Below, piece after piece: positions 50,510 through 62,258 of a DNA stretch of 64,000 nucleotides (its first letter is position 1; each line of letters begins with the position of its first letter). This stretch comes from Candidatus Nomurabacteria bacterium RIFCSPHIGHO2_01_FULL_40_20 (GTDB taxonomy: Bacteria > Patescibacteriota > Minisyncoccia > Phycocordibacterales > UBA9973), in contig MFTO01000013.1 of NCBI GenBank assembly GCA_001786835.1, positions 1,002 to 65,001 of the forward strand, written 5' to 3'. The notes below the pieces were generated by a model that saw nothing but the letters and a program-made list of their open reading frames with translations, was not told the origin of the DNA and did not search any database. The position numbers and the translations under genes were made by a program.

Positions 50510-51232
50510 CTATGCCGCTATCCTCATGCTATTGTTTTGGTCAATACCTGTTGTGCCAAGAGTTGGCTTTTTTGAAATTCTATACCTAATTTTTTCATAA
50601 AGATCAGCTATCTTTTGCGTAACTAGAGAAGCTTTTGTCATCGGTGAAACTTTTGCTTCCCTAAGCTCTTCTTCAATTTGAAGTTGGTATAATTTAATAC
50701 TGCTCGCGATGAAAGATATATCAAACAATTCATTATTTACTCCGAGTTTCTCATCAAGGGCTATTTGTCTTATATAATTAGAATTTTTAGGATCAGTAAG
50801 GTCAATGCCTGGAAAAGAAATCTTGTCTTTGAGTTGAGGACTTGAAATAATTGCAGATATTTTTTCCTTATACTGTTTTTCAAGATCTATGATAATAGAA
50901 GACCTGCCTTCAATAGTTGACGAGACTTTTTGTTTATAATCTGTTTTTGAAGTTTCATCCTCTCTTTTTTTAATATCATTCCATTGAGCATCAGTATATC
51001 CATCTAATTTTTCTTCAGGTAAAGATTTGCTTTGAAAATAGCGATTTACCCAATCTATTGCGTATTGCTTACTTTTGTTCTTTATTTCTGAATTCTCTTG
51101 TGAAATAGCAAGAGCTTCATTTGATAGTTCGCCACCTTTAAGCAAAACTTTTAGTTTTTCTTCCGATTCTTTTTTTATTGATTCTAAAGAAGCATTGTCG
51201 ACATTTCCTTTTTCTATGTTAGTGAATTGCAT
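50510..51232 (-). CDS. Hypothetical AT-rich protein
   Basis: 240-aa ORF. Confidence 0.7.
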   Translation of the reverse strand: MQFTNIEKGNVDNASLESIKKESEEKLKVLLKGGELSNEALAISQENSEIKNKSKQYAIDWVNRYFQSKSLPEEKLDGYTDAQWNDIKKREDETSKTDYKQKVSSTIEGRSSIIIDLEKQYKEKISAIISSPQLKDKISFPGIDLTDPKNSNYIRQIALDEKLGVNNELFDISFIASSIKLYQLQIEEELREAKVSPMTKASLVTQKIADLYEKIRYRISKKPTLGTTGIDQNNSMRIAA

Positions 51233-51264
51233 ATTTTATTTAAGTTAATTTACTAATGAGTTTA

Positions 51265-52212
51265 TTATATCAAATCTACCTCAACCGGACTAATTTTGCG
51301 TCCGTGCCGAGAAAGGACGCACCCGCCTGGACAAAAGGCTTGGCCACCACCCTCTTCTAGACACTTATTACACGCGATAAAATGCCGATGGCAGACAGGA
51401 TTTGCGCAGTTCACGTAGTTCTCTGACATATTTCCACAAGAATCGCACTTGCCCACTACTTCACGTTTCGGGTCGTCGGTATAAAATGATTGCGTCACTC
51501 TACCATCAAAAACATAGAGCTTACCTTTGAAGTCTTCATTCGGATAGCGTTCCATGTATGAAACAATTCCGCCATCTAGTTGATACACATCGGTAAACCC
51601 CTGCGAAATTAAAAATCCACTCGCTTTCTCACAGCGCACTCCGCCGGTACAAACCGTGAGCACAGTTTTATTTTTCAAATGTGCGATTTGTTCTACCACG
51701 CGCGGTAAATCTCTAAAATTTTCAATGGGAGGCAAAATAGAACTTTCAAAATAACCCACTTTATGCTCGTAGACGTTTCGCATATCCACAATATAAAATT
51801 CCTTTGGCTCGCCGAAGCCTTGGGCGGAGGCAGCTTTGTTTTCCAAAATCCATTCGTGTAATTCTTCCGGTTTCAAATGCACACCAGTAATTTCGTTCGG
51901 ATCAATATCGCATGTGCCCAAATGAAGCGACACAATTTCTTTCCGCGCTTTGACCGAGAGTTTCGGAAAAGCATTCCCCGTGCCCACGCTTTTCTTCCAG
52001 TGAATATTTTGGAATCTTTTATCTTTAACCATCTCCTCAATATACTTTTCTGTATTTTCTACCGTGCCCTCAACTGTGCCGTTTATCCCCTCACTCGCCA
52101 CAATAATCCGCCCCTTCAAATCTAGTCTTTCACAGAGCGCAAACTGCAAATCTCGCTCCTTTTGTGAATCCTCTAGGTGCACATATTTGTAGTAAAGCAA
52201 AATCTGATACAT
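51265..52212 (-). CDS. trhO: Rhodanese-domain tRNA uridine(34) hydroxylase TrhO (UPF0176)
   Basis: LLYYKY, GRIIVASEGINGT, DMRN.YE..G.F, CTGGVRCEKAS. Confidence 0.9.
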   Translation of the reverse strand: MYQILLYYKYVHLEDSQKERDLQFALCERLDLKGRIIVASEGINGTVEGTVENTEKYIEEMVKDKRFQNIHWKKSVGTGNAFPKLSVKARKEIVSLHLGTCDIDPNEITGVHLKPEELHEWILENKAASAQGFGEPKEFYIVDMRNVYEHKVGYFESSILPPIENFRDLPRVVEQIAHLKNKTVLTVCTGGVRCEKASGFLISQGFTDVYQLDGGIVSYMERYPNEDFKGKLYVFDGRVTQSFYTDDPKREVVGKCDSCGNMSENYVNCANPVCHRHFIACNKCLEEGGGQAFCPGGCVLSRHGRKISPVEVDLI

Positions 52213-52441
52213 ATGGAAAAATATACCGCTTAAGTTGTAAACTTGCAATATATTTAAATAAGGTGTATATATGTCTTAACATACGTTCGTCGATTATTTC
52301 AAGAAACGAATGTTTCAACATCCCACAAGGTGGGACGCCCTGTTGGTAATTTGGTAATTCAGAACCAGAATTACCCCAGGAAAAACACCCCCTGCAAACT
52401 AATATCAGACACACATGATTATTAGCTCTGTAGGGGCTTTT

Positions 52442-52465
52442 TTATTTATATATCTCCGCCATCTT
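52442..52465 (-). repeat. Duplicated 3' end of the UvrD-nuclease gene (KMAEIYK*)
   Basis: 23/24 identical to 53159-53182. Confidence 0.9.
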
Positions 52466-52509
52466 ATGATTGTTAATTTTCCTGCGATAGCAGGAAGTTT
52501 AACAATTAT
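52466..52509. repeat. Palindrome P2, downstream copy
   Basis: ATGATTGTTAATTTTCCTGC-GATA-GCAGGAAGTTTTAACAATTAT. Confidence 0.88.
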
Positions 52510-52546
52510 TTTACCCACAACAAAAAATTAACTCTAGTCTATCTGT

Positions 52547-53035
52547 CTATCTTTTTCTTGTTTCAAATCCTTTTGCCAGTTTAAAGGTCTGGATATTGTC
52601 TTTGATCTTTATACGCTTGATGTAATCTAAAAAATCCCGCGGCAGTGGCGAGGGTCCAACCCAGACGCTCTTTTGAATCATCACAAAGCCAAACTTTTTC
52701 AAATGCCAGCGAAACCATTCCCTCTCCGCCTTCTTCTCTTCCGGAATATCATACATCAATAATAAATTCTTCGGCGCCTCTTTATCAAACTTATTTGAAA
52801 ATTGTTTTAAAGAATCTATTTTTCTTTCAATATATTTTCTTCCTTTGGGGGTAATCCGTAAAAAATCATTTTGCTCGTCAACAAATCCATTTTTATACAT
52901 ATAAAATAAAGTCCCTCGCAGAGACCCCTTGGAATAGTCCTTGAATTTTGGAATACCGAAAAGGTTAGTTGAAACCCCTTTGTATCTCAGTGTGGTTTTA
53001 CTTAATTCTTCTAAGATGTTATAAATCAACCCCAT
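52547..53035 (-). CDS. wHTH + Cas2-like (PaaX-type) protein, paralog 2
   Basis: Shares YKGV..NLFGIP.F, M.DIP...KAEREWFR.HLKKF...MIQKSVWVGPSPLP with 27976-28455. Confidence 0.85.
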   Translation of the reverse strand: MGLIYNILEELSKTTLRYKGVSTNLFGIPKFKDYSKGSLRGTLFYMYKNGFVDEQNDFLRITPKGRKYIERKIDSLKQFSNKFDKEAPKNLLLMYDIPEEKKAEREWFRWHLKKFGFVMIQKSVWVGPSPLPRDFLDYIKRIKIKDNIQTFKLAKGFETRKR

Positions 53036-53050
53036 ATAAATATTATATCA

Positions 53051-53090
53051 AAATGTTAAATTCTCTGCTATCGCTAAGTATTTAACATTT
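53051..53090. repeat. Palindrome P2, upstream copy over the promoter
   Basis: AAATGTTAAATTCTCTGCTATCGCTAAGTATTTAACATTT; TGATATAAT -10 on the minus strand just inside. Confidence 0.8.
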
Positions 53091-53158
53091 AATTGTATTT
53101 ATTTAATTGCTATATTACTCTAAAAGTATTCATAACCCGAAAGTCTTATTTGCAAGAA

Positions 53159-56119
53159 TTATTTATATATCTCCGCCATTTTGCAGTATTCGCAGATAGC
53201 GTTTGCTTTGCCGTAAGAGTTAAAGTGACACTCGCGGGTGACCCACTCGCCCGAGTTTAGAAACCTAGAATAGTCCTCGATATCTCGCACTAATAAATCT
53301 ATCTCTTCTTCGGTCATGGGTGCGCGGTAAAATCTTTCCCTTTCATCTTTAGCTTCGAGAAATTCCAAAATTCCTTCCTCCACTTTTACCCGCCACTTGG
53401 GACTAGTCTTCAAAAGATAAGCATACATCGCGAGTTGGCGCATCAAGTTTGAGAGCCGACCCTCGTCGTCTATTTTTTCAATATCGTTTTTTTTCTTCGG
53501 GCTTCCAGTTTTAAAATCGGTCACCCGCACTGTTTTGGCGGAAATATTTTCTACCAGATCTAACCGTCCATAAATTGATAGGTGCGGAAACCTGTCGTCT
53601 TTAACCGATACGCTTTGTTCATTTTTATAATCCCGCGCCAAATTCGGAAAGCTGTTTTTTACCCACTTGGCAACTATCTTCTCTGCCTCCTTGTCGCCCA
53701 AGACCAGTTCCAATATTTCACCCTCTTTTAATCCTCCTCTCTTTTGTAATATTTTATCTATAGCTTTGTGCACTATATCGCCCAGTTCCAAACTACGCGA
53801 TTTAGGCTCGGGCAATTGCAAAAAATTTCGGAAATACCATTTCCACGGGCATTCGAAAAAATTATTGAGGAGCGAGACGGAAACTTTCCTATCTTCATAA
53901 TCTTTTTTGACTATCTCTACTAATTCTTTGAGGGTGGTACTCTCTTTTTCTTTCTTACCCTTGTGAGAACTTCCAGCATAGGATTTCGGATCAAGGGCTA
54001 GAATTTTTTTCTCGGTCTCGCTCGCAGACTGTTTTTCAAAATGGTCGTCCAAATCCGCGACAATCTGGGAGAGCTCTTGGTTTGCGCCAGTATATGAAGA
54101 CAGAGCATAAGAAATTGTGCAAAATCTTTTTGCCCGAGTAATAGCCACATAGAGTTGGCGTTTCAGCACTTCAACGTCTTTCTTTTCAACTTTTTCTTTT
54201 ATACTCTCGGGAAGTGTAAACCCGCCCCGCCTGCCCCCCGAAAATGACCGCTCATCCATGTGCGCAATCCAGACATAATCAAACTCAAGCCCTTTGGAGC
54301 CGTGAAGAGTGAGCACTTTGATACCTTCGTCTTTACCAAAGACAGCAAGCGGAATGCTCTCCCCGTATTCTTCCAGTCTTTCAATAAAAGAAATAAAATC
54401 TTTGAGGTTAAGCTTGGAATCCTTTTCTATTTGTGCGAGCGCGAGGTGGAGAATTGTGCGCACCACTTCTATCCGCACCACTAGATCTTCGTGACTCTTG
54501 GCATCATGCAGTAGTAAATCACTACCAACTTTTTGAATAAAAGAATAGAGACTCATGGAATTTCTCGCGGTGAGCCAAGAGTGGAGTTTCTCAATCCATT
54601 TATTGGTAGCGCTACTTTCGCTAAATAAATCATTTTTCTCGGCTACAACATCAAGTAAGGAAAAATCGCGCATGTTCTGCTCTCGTAAAAATTTATGGGC
54701 GGATAACGGCGGAATATCCGAAACCCCATCAAACAAAGATTCGCCCAGCGCCACGCCGTCTTCGGGATGCGCTAATATTTTTAAAACTCGCAGAAGTGAT
54801 AATGCTTCCGGGGAGTCAAAAAAGTCTTGAGCCTCGCCACTAGACACTGGAAGTCCCATGTCCTTGAGGATTGTGATTACGCTACGAACTTGGCGATTTT
54901 TTGGCACGAGAATTGCTATCTCGTTTGGGTCTATGGTTTTACTTTGCTCACCACCTTCTGTCTTATTTTTTTTCAAAAGCTCTTTGATTTCAAGTCCGCA
55001 GGCAATAATCTCATCGCGTGGGTAGCTCGCTTCCACTAAACGAAGAGGATGACTTCCTTCGCGATTGCTCTTTAATTTCTCGGCAGTCAAAGAACTCTGC
55101 AAAAGAGAGTGAGAGGCATCTAAGATTTTGCCCGTGGAGCGATAATTCTCAACGAGGGTAATTAATTTTGCTTTGCCGAAAGTGTTTTTAAAATTCTCAA
55201 AATACTCTAATGACGCTCCGCCAAAGCCATAAATAAGCTGGCGATCATCCCCCACCACAAAGATGTTTGGCTTTTCCACCTTACTCCAAACCAAAGACAG
55301 AAATTCATTTTGCACTCCGGAAGAATCCTGATGCTCATCTATGAGCACATATAAAAATTCTTCTTTGATTTCAACTCTCGCTGTTTCAGACTCCTCCATT
55401 ATCTTTACTAGATTCTCCAGCACGTCATCATAGTCCAGCACCCCGCTCTCAATTTTTTCTTTTTCATAAAATTCGTAAAACTGCACCGCTTCCCGCGAGC
55501 GAGCGAGCCCCTCTATTTTTGTCTCCACTTCTTTTTTAAGCTCCCCCTTCCGTGCTCCGCGCGAAGAAATACTGTCCGGATTATTTTCAAGCTCGCTTAT
55601 TTCTTTTTCAATTTCTTTGGCAAAATTCTCCGGTGTTATACGCTCGCGTTTCAAAAGTGAAATTAAATTTTTCAAATCACTGAAATATCTCGCCGTATCG
55701 GCGCGAGGACGAAGGTATTCCCAAGGGTGACCGTGTAAGATTCTGTCGCAAAGTAGAATAGAGTCTTTTTCATCCAAGAGTTTCGGCTCCCTCTCCATCC
55801 CAAGCACGCGGTAATATTTCTCTATCATCTCCATGCCGAAACTATGAAAAGTGGCGATTTTCACCTTGCTTGCCTCCACCCCGATATATTTACGCAAGCG
55901 CTCGCGCATAGCACGGACGGCGCTATTGGTAAAAGTAAGGCAAAGTATGTCATCAGCTTTGGTGTCTGTCTCCTTTAAAATATTCCCAATCCTCAGAGCC
56001 AGTACTTGGGTCTTGCCTGTGCCCGGCCCGGCGACCACCATCACGGGCCCTTCAACAGTATCCACCGCCTCCTTTTGGGCTTGGTTTAATTTTTTATATT
56101 CTTCGTCAAATTTTTGCAT
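53159..56119 (-). CDS. UvrD/PcrA-like helicase with a C-terminal PD-(D/E)XK nuclease
   Basis: AGPGTGKT, IDEHQD, ENYRS, LHGSKGLEF, YVAITRAK; CPWKW..GRLD..DFKTG..CEYC. Confidence 0.93.
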   Translation of the reverse strand: MQKFDEEYKKLNQAQKEAVDTVEGPVMVVAGPGTGKTQVLALRIGNILKETDTKADDILCLTFTNSAVRAMRERLRKYIGVEASKVKIATFHSFGMEMIEKYYRVLGMEREPKLLDEKDSILLCDRILHGHPWEYLRPRADTARYFSDLKNLISLLKRERITPENFAKEIEKEISELENNPDSISSRGARKGELKKEVETKIEGLARSREAVQFYEFYEKEKIESGVLDYDDVLENLVKIMEESETARVEIKEEFLYVLIDEHQDSSGVQNEFLSLVWSKVEKPNIFVVGDDRQLIYGFGGASLEYFENFKNTFGKAKLITLVENYRSTGKILDASHSLLQSSLTAEKLKSNREGSHPLRLVEASYPRDEIIACGLEIKELLKKNKTEGGEQSKTIDPNEIAILVPKNRQVRSVITILKDMGLPVSSGEAQDFFDSPEALSLLRVLKILAHPEDGVALGESLFDGVSDIPPLSAHKFLREQNMRDFSLLDVVAEKNDLFSESSATNKWIEKLHSWLTARNSMSLYSFIQKVGSDLLLHDAKSHEDLVVRIEVVRTILHLALAQIEKDSKLNLKDFISFIERLEEYGESIPLAVFGKDEGIKVLTLHGSKGLEFDYVWIAHMDERSFSGGRRGGFTLPESIKEKVEKKDVEVLKRQLYVAITRAKRFCTISYALSSYTGANQELSQIVADLDDHFEKQSASETEKKILALDPKSYAGSSHKGKKEKESTTLKELVEIVKKDYEDRKVSVSLLNNFFECPWKWYFRNFLQLPEPKSRSLELGDIVHKAIDKILQKRGGLKEGEILELVLGDKEAEKIVAKWVKNSFPNLARDYKNEQSVSVKDDRFPHLSIYGRLDLVENISAKTVRVTDFKTGSPKKKNDIEKIDDEGRLSNLMRQLAMYAYLLKTSPKWRVKVEEGILEFLEAKDERERFYRAPMTEEEIDLLVRDIEDYSRFLNSGEWVTRECHFNSYGKANAICEYCKMAEIYK

Positions 56120-56126
56120 AGAATTT

Positions 56127-57038
56127 TTAAGTTAGCTTAAGCTCTACTTTAGATTTCCAAAAGAAATAACCAATGATAATGAAAGTAGAAAGCGGAGAAA
56201 CATATTCCGGAATATTAAAACCAAAACTATGAAGCACCATCACTATACCCAAAACAAGAATAGAATACATAGCGCCATTTTTGAGATATACATATTTCTT
56301 TATATTTTCTATATTACGAATGGTAAGCTCGCGTACCAAAACTGCACCGAAACCATTACCGAGCAAGATTAACGGCACTGATAAAGTAAAAGCAAAAGCA
56401 CCCAAAACGCCGTCAATAGAAAAAGTAGTATCAATAATTTCCAAGAAAAAAAGTTTTGATAAGTCAGACTGCGCGCTCCCTAAAAGTTTGCGCTCTTGCG
56501 CTTCCGCATTTTGTTTGAAACCGTGGGTTATAAAAAACAGCGAAGAGCCCACCACTGCGCCGAGCGCCATTTCTCCGGAGTGTTTGAGAGCGAGCCAAGT
56601 GATAACTGTAAGCAGTATTGACACAACCGCGTAAAACCACACTCCTTTCGCCATAAAAAATCTCTCTGGCCGAGGAAGCCCCAATTTTTTATCTTCTAAG
56701 AAAAGCCAATGCAAAAACAAAAACAAAAGAAATACTCCGCCGGCAACGAGAAGTATCGGTGCAGACCGCTCGATAGATTCATGCACCACTGGGTCAGAAG
56801 ACCAAGCAGCCGAGAGCACCTGTCCGACGGATAGCGTTGAATTGAAAGCCCAAATTATTAAAAACGGTAAAAGTCCGCGTACTAAAAAAACAGCAATAAA
56901 TATGCCCCAAGTGAGGAACCACCTGCGAGCGCGTTTGCCCATTGTGGAGAGCACTTCGGCGTTGATAATCGCGTTATCAACAGAGGAAACCGCCTCAAAA
57001 AGGGTAAGTCCCAGTATCGTAAAAATAGCCGCAAGCAT
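56127..57038 (-). CDS. DUF475/TerC-like membrane protein
   Basis: EAVSSVDNA.INA, FLTWGI..AVF..R, D.TFSIDGV.GAFA. Confidence 0.85.
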   Translation of the reverse strand: MLAAIFTILGLTLFEAVSSVDNAIINAEVLSTMGKRARRWFLTWGIFIAVFLVRGLLPFLIIWAFNSTLSVGQVLSAAWSSDPVVHESIERSAPILLVAGGVFLLFLFLHWLFLEDKKLGLPRPERFFMAKGVWFYAVVSILLTVITWLALKHSGEMALGAVVGSSLFFITHGFKQNAEAQERKLLGSAQSDLSKLFFLEIIDTTFSIDGVLGAFAFTLSVPLILLGNGFGAVLVRELTIRNIENIKKYVYLKNGAMYSILVLGIVMVLHSFGFNIPEYVSPLSTFIIIGYFFWKSKVELKLT

Positions 57039-57047
57039 TTATATATT

Positions 57048-57824
57048 TTAGCGTATTTTCCTCAATTTGCCCACTTTTGTCCGCTTGATAGAAAATGCGA
57101 GCGCGGGAATGGATATTTTTTCGCCAAGGAAATTTGCAATACTGCGCACATAGGTGCCACCCGAGCATTTGATTTTGAATTTGGCGATATAGAAAAATTC
57201 TTTTTTGTTTTTTAAATTTTTCTGCCAAATTTTTAGAATTTCTTTTTGACGAAAATCGCCACGAACTTTGGCAACCCTGCGTTCAATATTTTCCAAAAGT
57301 TTCTTATTAGAAATTTTCCTAATTTTTAAAAATTTTAAATTCTTTACATTCACCACCCTCTCAGGCGCTCCTGCCTGCGCAGGCAGGTCCACTCCCTCCC
57401 GCGCATAAGCAAAGAGCGGTTTGCCTGCTACCGTCTTTGACGAAAACATCGGATATTTCTGCACAAACTTGCCGGTAAAAAATTTCAAATTCTTTCTTAT
57501 CTTTTGCTCTAACTCTGACACCCTTACAAACTCCAGTTTGTAAGGGTGTTGTTTGGGTTGTATTTTGCCGAGAATATCGTACGTGTCCGTGGCAAATCCA
57601 AAGAGAATTTCAAATTCGTATTCTTTGCCTAGGGCTAAATATTTTTCTTTCTTTTTACATTCCTCCCCCGTCAAAATCAATAATAACCCCGACGCCATCG
57701 GGTCCAGTCGCCCAGCATAGGTCATCGGCATATTTTTGTATTCCTTATGTCTACTCCGAAAACCCTCCAACGCTTCAAGTGGAGTCTCCCCTTCTTTTTT
57801 ATTAAGTAGAATTATTTTTTTCAT
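57048..57824 (-). CDS. truB: tRNA pseudouridine(55) synthase
   Basis: YAGRLDPMASGLL, TDTYD..G, CSGGTYVRS. Confidence 0.9.
   Translation of the reverse strand: MKKIILLNKKEGETPLEALEGFRSRHKEYKNMPMTYAGRLDPMASGLLLILTGEECKKKEKYLALGKEYEFEILFGFATDTYDILGKIQPKQHPYKLEFVRVSELEQKIRKNLKFFTGKFVQKYPMFSSKTVAGKPLFAYAREGVDLPAQAGAPERVVNVKNLKFLKIRKISNKKLLENIERRVAKVRGDFRQKEILKIWQKNLKNKKEFFYIAKFKIKCSGGTYVRSIANFLGEKISIPALAFSIKRTKVGKLRKIR
57370..57387. repeat. 18-bp perfect palindrome inside truB
   Basis: CCTGCCTGCGCAGGCAGG; encodes LPAQAG. Confidence 0.85.
57518..57549. repeat. 32-bp palindrome inside truB
   Basis: ACACCCTTACAAACT-CC-AGTTTGTAAGGGTGT. Confidence 0.88.
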
Positions 57825-57827
57825 CTG

Positions 57828-57912
57828 CGGAGGCGGAGAGATTCGGACTCTCGAGAGCTTTCACCCTACACGCTTTCCAAGCGTGAGCACTAGACCGCTA
57901 TGCGACGCCTCC
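57828..57912 (-). tRNA. tRNA-Ser(GGA)
   Basis: Acceptor GGAGGCG/CGCCTCC, anticodon arm CACGC-TTGGAAA-GCGTG, long variable arm. Confidence 0.95.
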
Positions 57913-58149
57913 GTTTATTAATTTCTTAAAAGCTTCCCCTCCTTTATAATCTTTTATTTGCTTTTCACGCAACCAAGCTGATTTCTTATCTTCGAACTGT
58001 TCGTTATGAACTACTTTCCAAGGAATACCAACCTTTGTTGATTTATTCCTACCAGAGTTGTGACTTTTTATCCTCTGGTTTAAGTCTGAAGTATATCCTA
58101 TATAATACTTATTATTACTTCCACTTCTTAATATGTAAACGTAATACAT
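57898..58149 (-). CDS. Small GIY-YIG nuclease
   Basis: YYVYIL..YYIGYTSDL..R...HN, A..RE..IK; stop codon lies within the tRNA 5' end. Confidence 0.92.
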   Translation of the reverse strand: MYYVYILRSGSNNKYYIGYTSDLNQRIKSHNSGRNKSTKVGIPWKVVHNEQFEDKKSAWLREKQIKDYKGGEAFKKLINGGVA

Positions 58150-58161
58150 AATTTGTATTCA

Positions 58162-58210
58162 GCGACCCACCGCTTACAGCGGGGTCCCGCCTACGGCGGT
58201 GAGCCTCCGT
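58162..58210 (-). repeat. Relic tRNA-Ser 5' end split by a double hairpin
   Basis: Minus strand ACGGAGGC-[TCACCGCCGTAGGCGGGACCCCGCTGTAAGCGGTGG]-GTCGC versus tRNA ACGGAGGCGTCGC. Confidence 0.65.
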
Positions 58211-58244
58211 AGTATTTAATCTACATTATTATATGGGTAAGGCA

Positions 58245-58394
58245 ACCCCAGCACAAATTTTGCGAGGTTATTTAATGGCAAAGCGCTTCGCGCATAAGGG
58301 ATGGCCTATTCGGCCCCGCACTTTGCAAGACAAATGGTAATGATTTTGATAAAATAAATGTATAGGCGAAATTATTAGCAAAATTTAAGCGGGG
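58245..58394. mobile_element. MITE-like element of about 150 bp
   Basis: Terminal IR CCCCAGCACAAATTTTGC...GCAAAATTTAAGCGGGG with nested hairpins. Confidence 0.55.
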
Positions 58395-58430
58395 TGCTCA
58401 TAAATCATAGTCGCTCCGCTCCTTGATTAC

Positions 58431-58805
58431 ATGGCAAAAACAAATTATGTAGATGGGTTTGTATTAGTAGTTCCTAAGAAAAAGTTTGCGGAGTATAAGA
58501 AGATGGCGCAAGAGGCCAGCAAAATGTGGAAAAAATTCGGCGCACTTGATTATAAAGAGTGCGTGATAGAAGACACAAAACCTCCGATGGTAACTTTTAC
58601 TTTCCCGAAAATGATAAAAGCCAAGCCCGGCGAGCAAGTTTGGTTCTCCTACATTGAATACAAATCCCGGGCGCATAGAGATCAAGTAAACAAAAAAGTG
58701 ATGGCGTTGATGGACAAAGAAAAGGATAAATACAAAAACATGCAAATGCCTTTTGATATGAAACGCATGGCTTACGGCGGTTTCAAAGTCGTCGTCGACG
58801 CCTAA
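58431..58805 (+). CDS. DUF1428 (YbaA) family protein
   Basis: YVDGFV..VP, GAL.Y.EC, MPFD.KRM.YGGF. Confidence 0.92.
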   Translation: MAKTNYVDGFVLVVPKKKFAEYKKMAQEASKMWKKFGALDYKECVIEDTKPPMVTFTFPKMIKAKPGEQVWFSYIEYKSRAHRDQVNKKVMALMDKEKDKYKNMQMPFDMKRMAYGGFKVVVDA

Positions 58806-58837
58806 AAATTTTCTGCTATACTCTCACTATCCTGCTT

Positions 58838-58924
58838 GGAAACGTGGCTGAGCGGTTGAAGGCACTGGTTTCGAAAACCAGCATCGGGGCAACTCGATCG
58901 AGAGTTCAAATCTCTCCGTTTCCG
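58838..58924 (+). tRNA. tRNA-Ser(CGA)
   Basis: Acceptor GGAAACG/CGTTTCC, anticodon arm CTGGT-TTCGAAA-ACCAG, long variable arm, TTCAAAT. Confidence 0.96.
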
Positions 58925-58928
58925 CCCG

Positions 58929-58952
58929 AGCTCTAGAGTTAGCTCTAGAGCT
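58929..58952. repeat. Orphan AGCTCTAGAG dimer
   Basis: Identical to 37010-37032 in the ArsR array. Confidence 0.85.
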
Positions 58953-58962
58953 AAATACGTAA

Positions 58963-61646
<2,684 letters not shown>

Positions 61647-61656
61647 GATGTTTCTA

Positions 61657-62256
61657 TTATATTGACGGCATCCAATCGAAAAGATAGCTGGAGAAAGATA
61701 CTTTATAATCGTTCGTCCCGCGGAACCAGTGCACTGTGGAGGTAATTTTCTTTTCTTTTTGGTTTACATCTTCTACTAGAATAACTCGCGCAAAGCCGGA
61801 GCCGACATTGCCGACATCCTGATCATAACTATAACCGTCCCCTTCGCTATAATTGAGCTCTTGGCACGGAAATCCGCCCGACGGAGTGCAGTCGTATATT
61901 TCAATCTCTGTAATTGGCGGAACAAGAGAATTTTGATCGTAAAGATAGCAACCACTCCCTCCTGCCGAAGCTCCCGCTCCACAATTCACAATAGCAGTTT
62001 GAAAATCCGTCCAACCAGTATCGCCTCCGTAGAGCACATAAGTATCTCGCAAACTGCGCATAAGCTCTATCCCTTCTTGGGCGAGATAAGAAGCGACTAA
62101 TTTGTTTTTGGAATGATTGGCATCCGATATGCCTCCGCCCAAGACCACCAGCATCACAAGAACCGACAGGGTAAAAATAGAAATCGCGACAAGCGTTTCT
62201 ACTAGGGTAAACCCGGTAGTTATCTCTCTATTTATTTGTTTAAAATGTTTTTTCAT
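61657..62256 (-). CDS. Type IV pilin-like protein (PilV-like)
   Basis: GFTLVETLVAISI, LAQEGIE. Confidence 0.9.
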   Translation of the reverse strand: MKKHFKQINREITTGFTLVETLVAISIFTLSVLVMLVVLGGGISDANHSKNKLVASYLAQEGIELMRSLRDTYVLYGGDTGWTDFQTAIVNCGAGASAGGSGCYLYDQNSLVPPITEIEIYDCTPSGGFPCQELNYSEGDGYSYDQDVGNVGSGFARVILVEDVNQKEKKITSTVHWFRGTNDYKVSFSSYLFDWMPSI

Positions 62257-62258
62257 TT

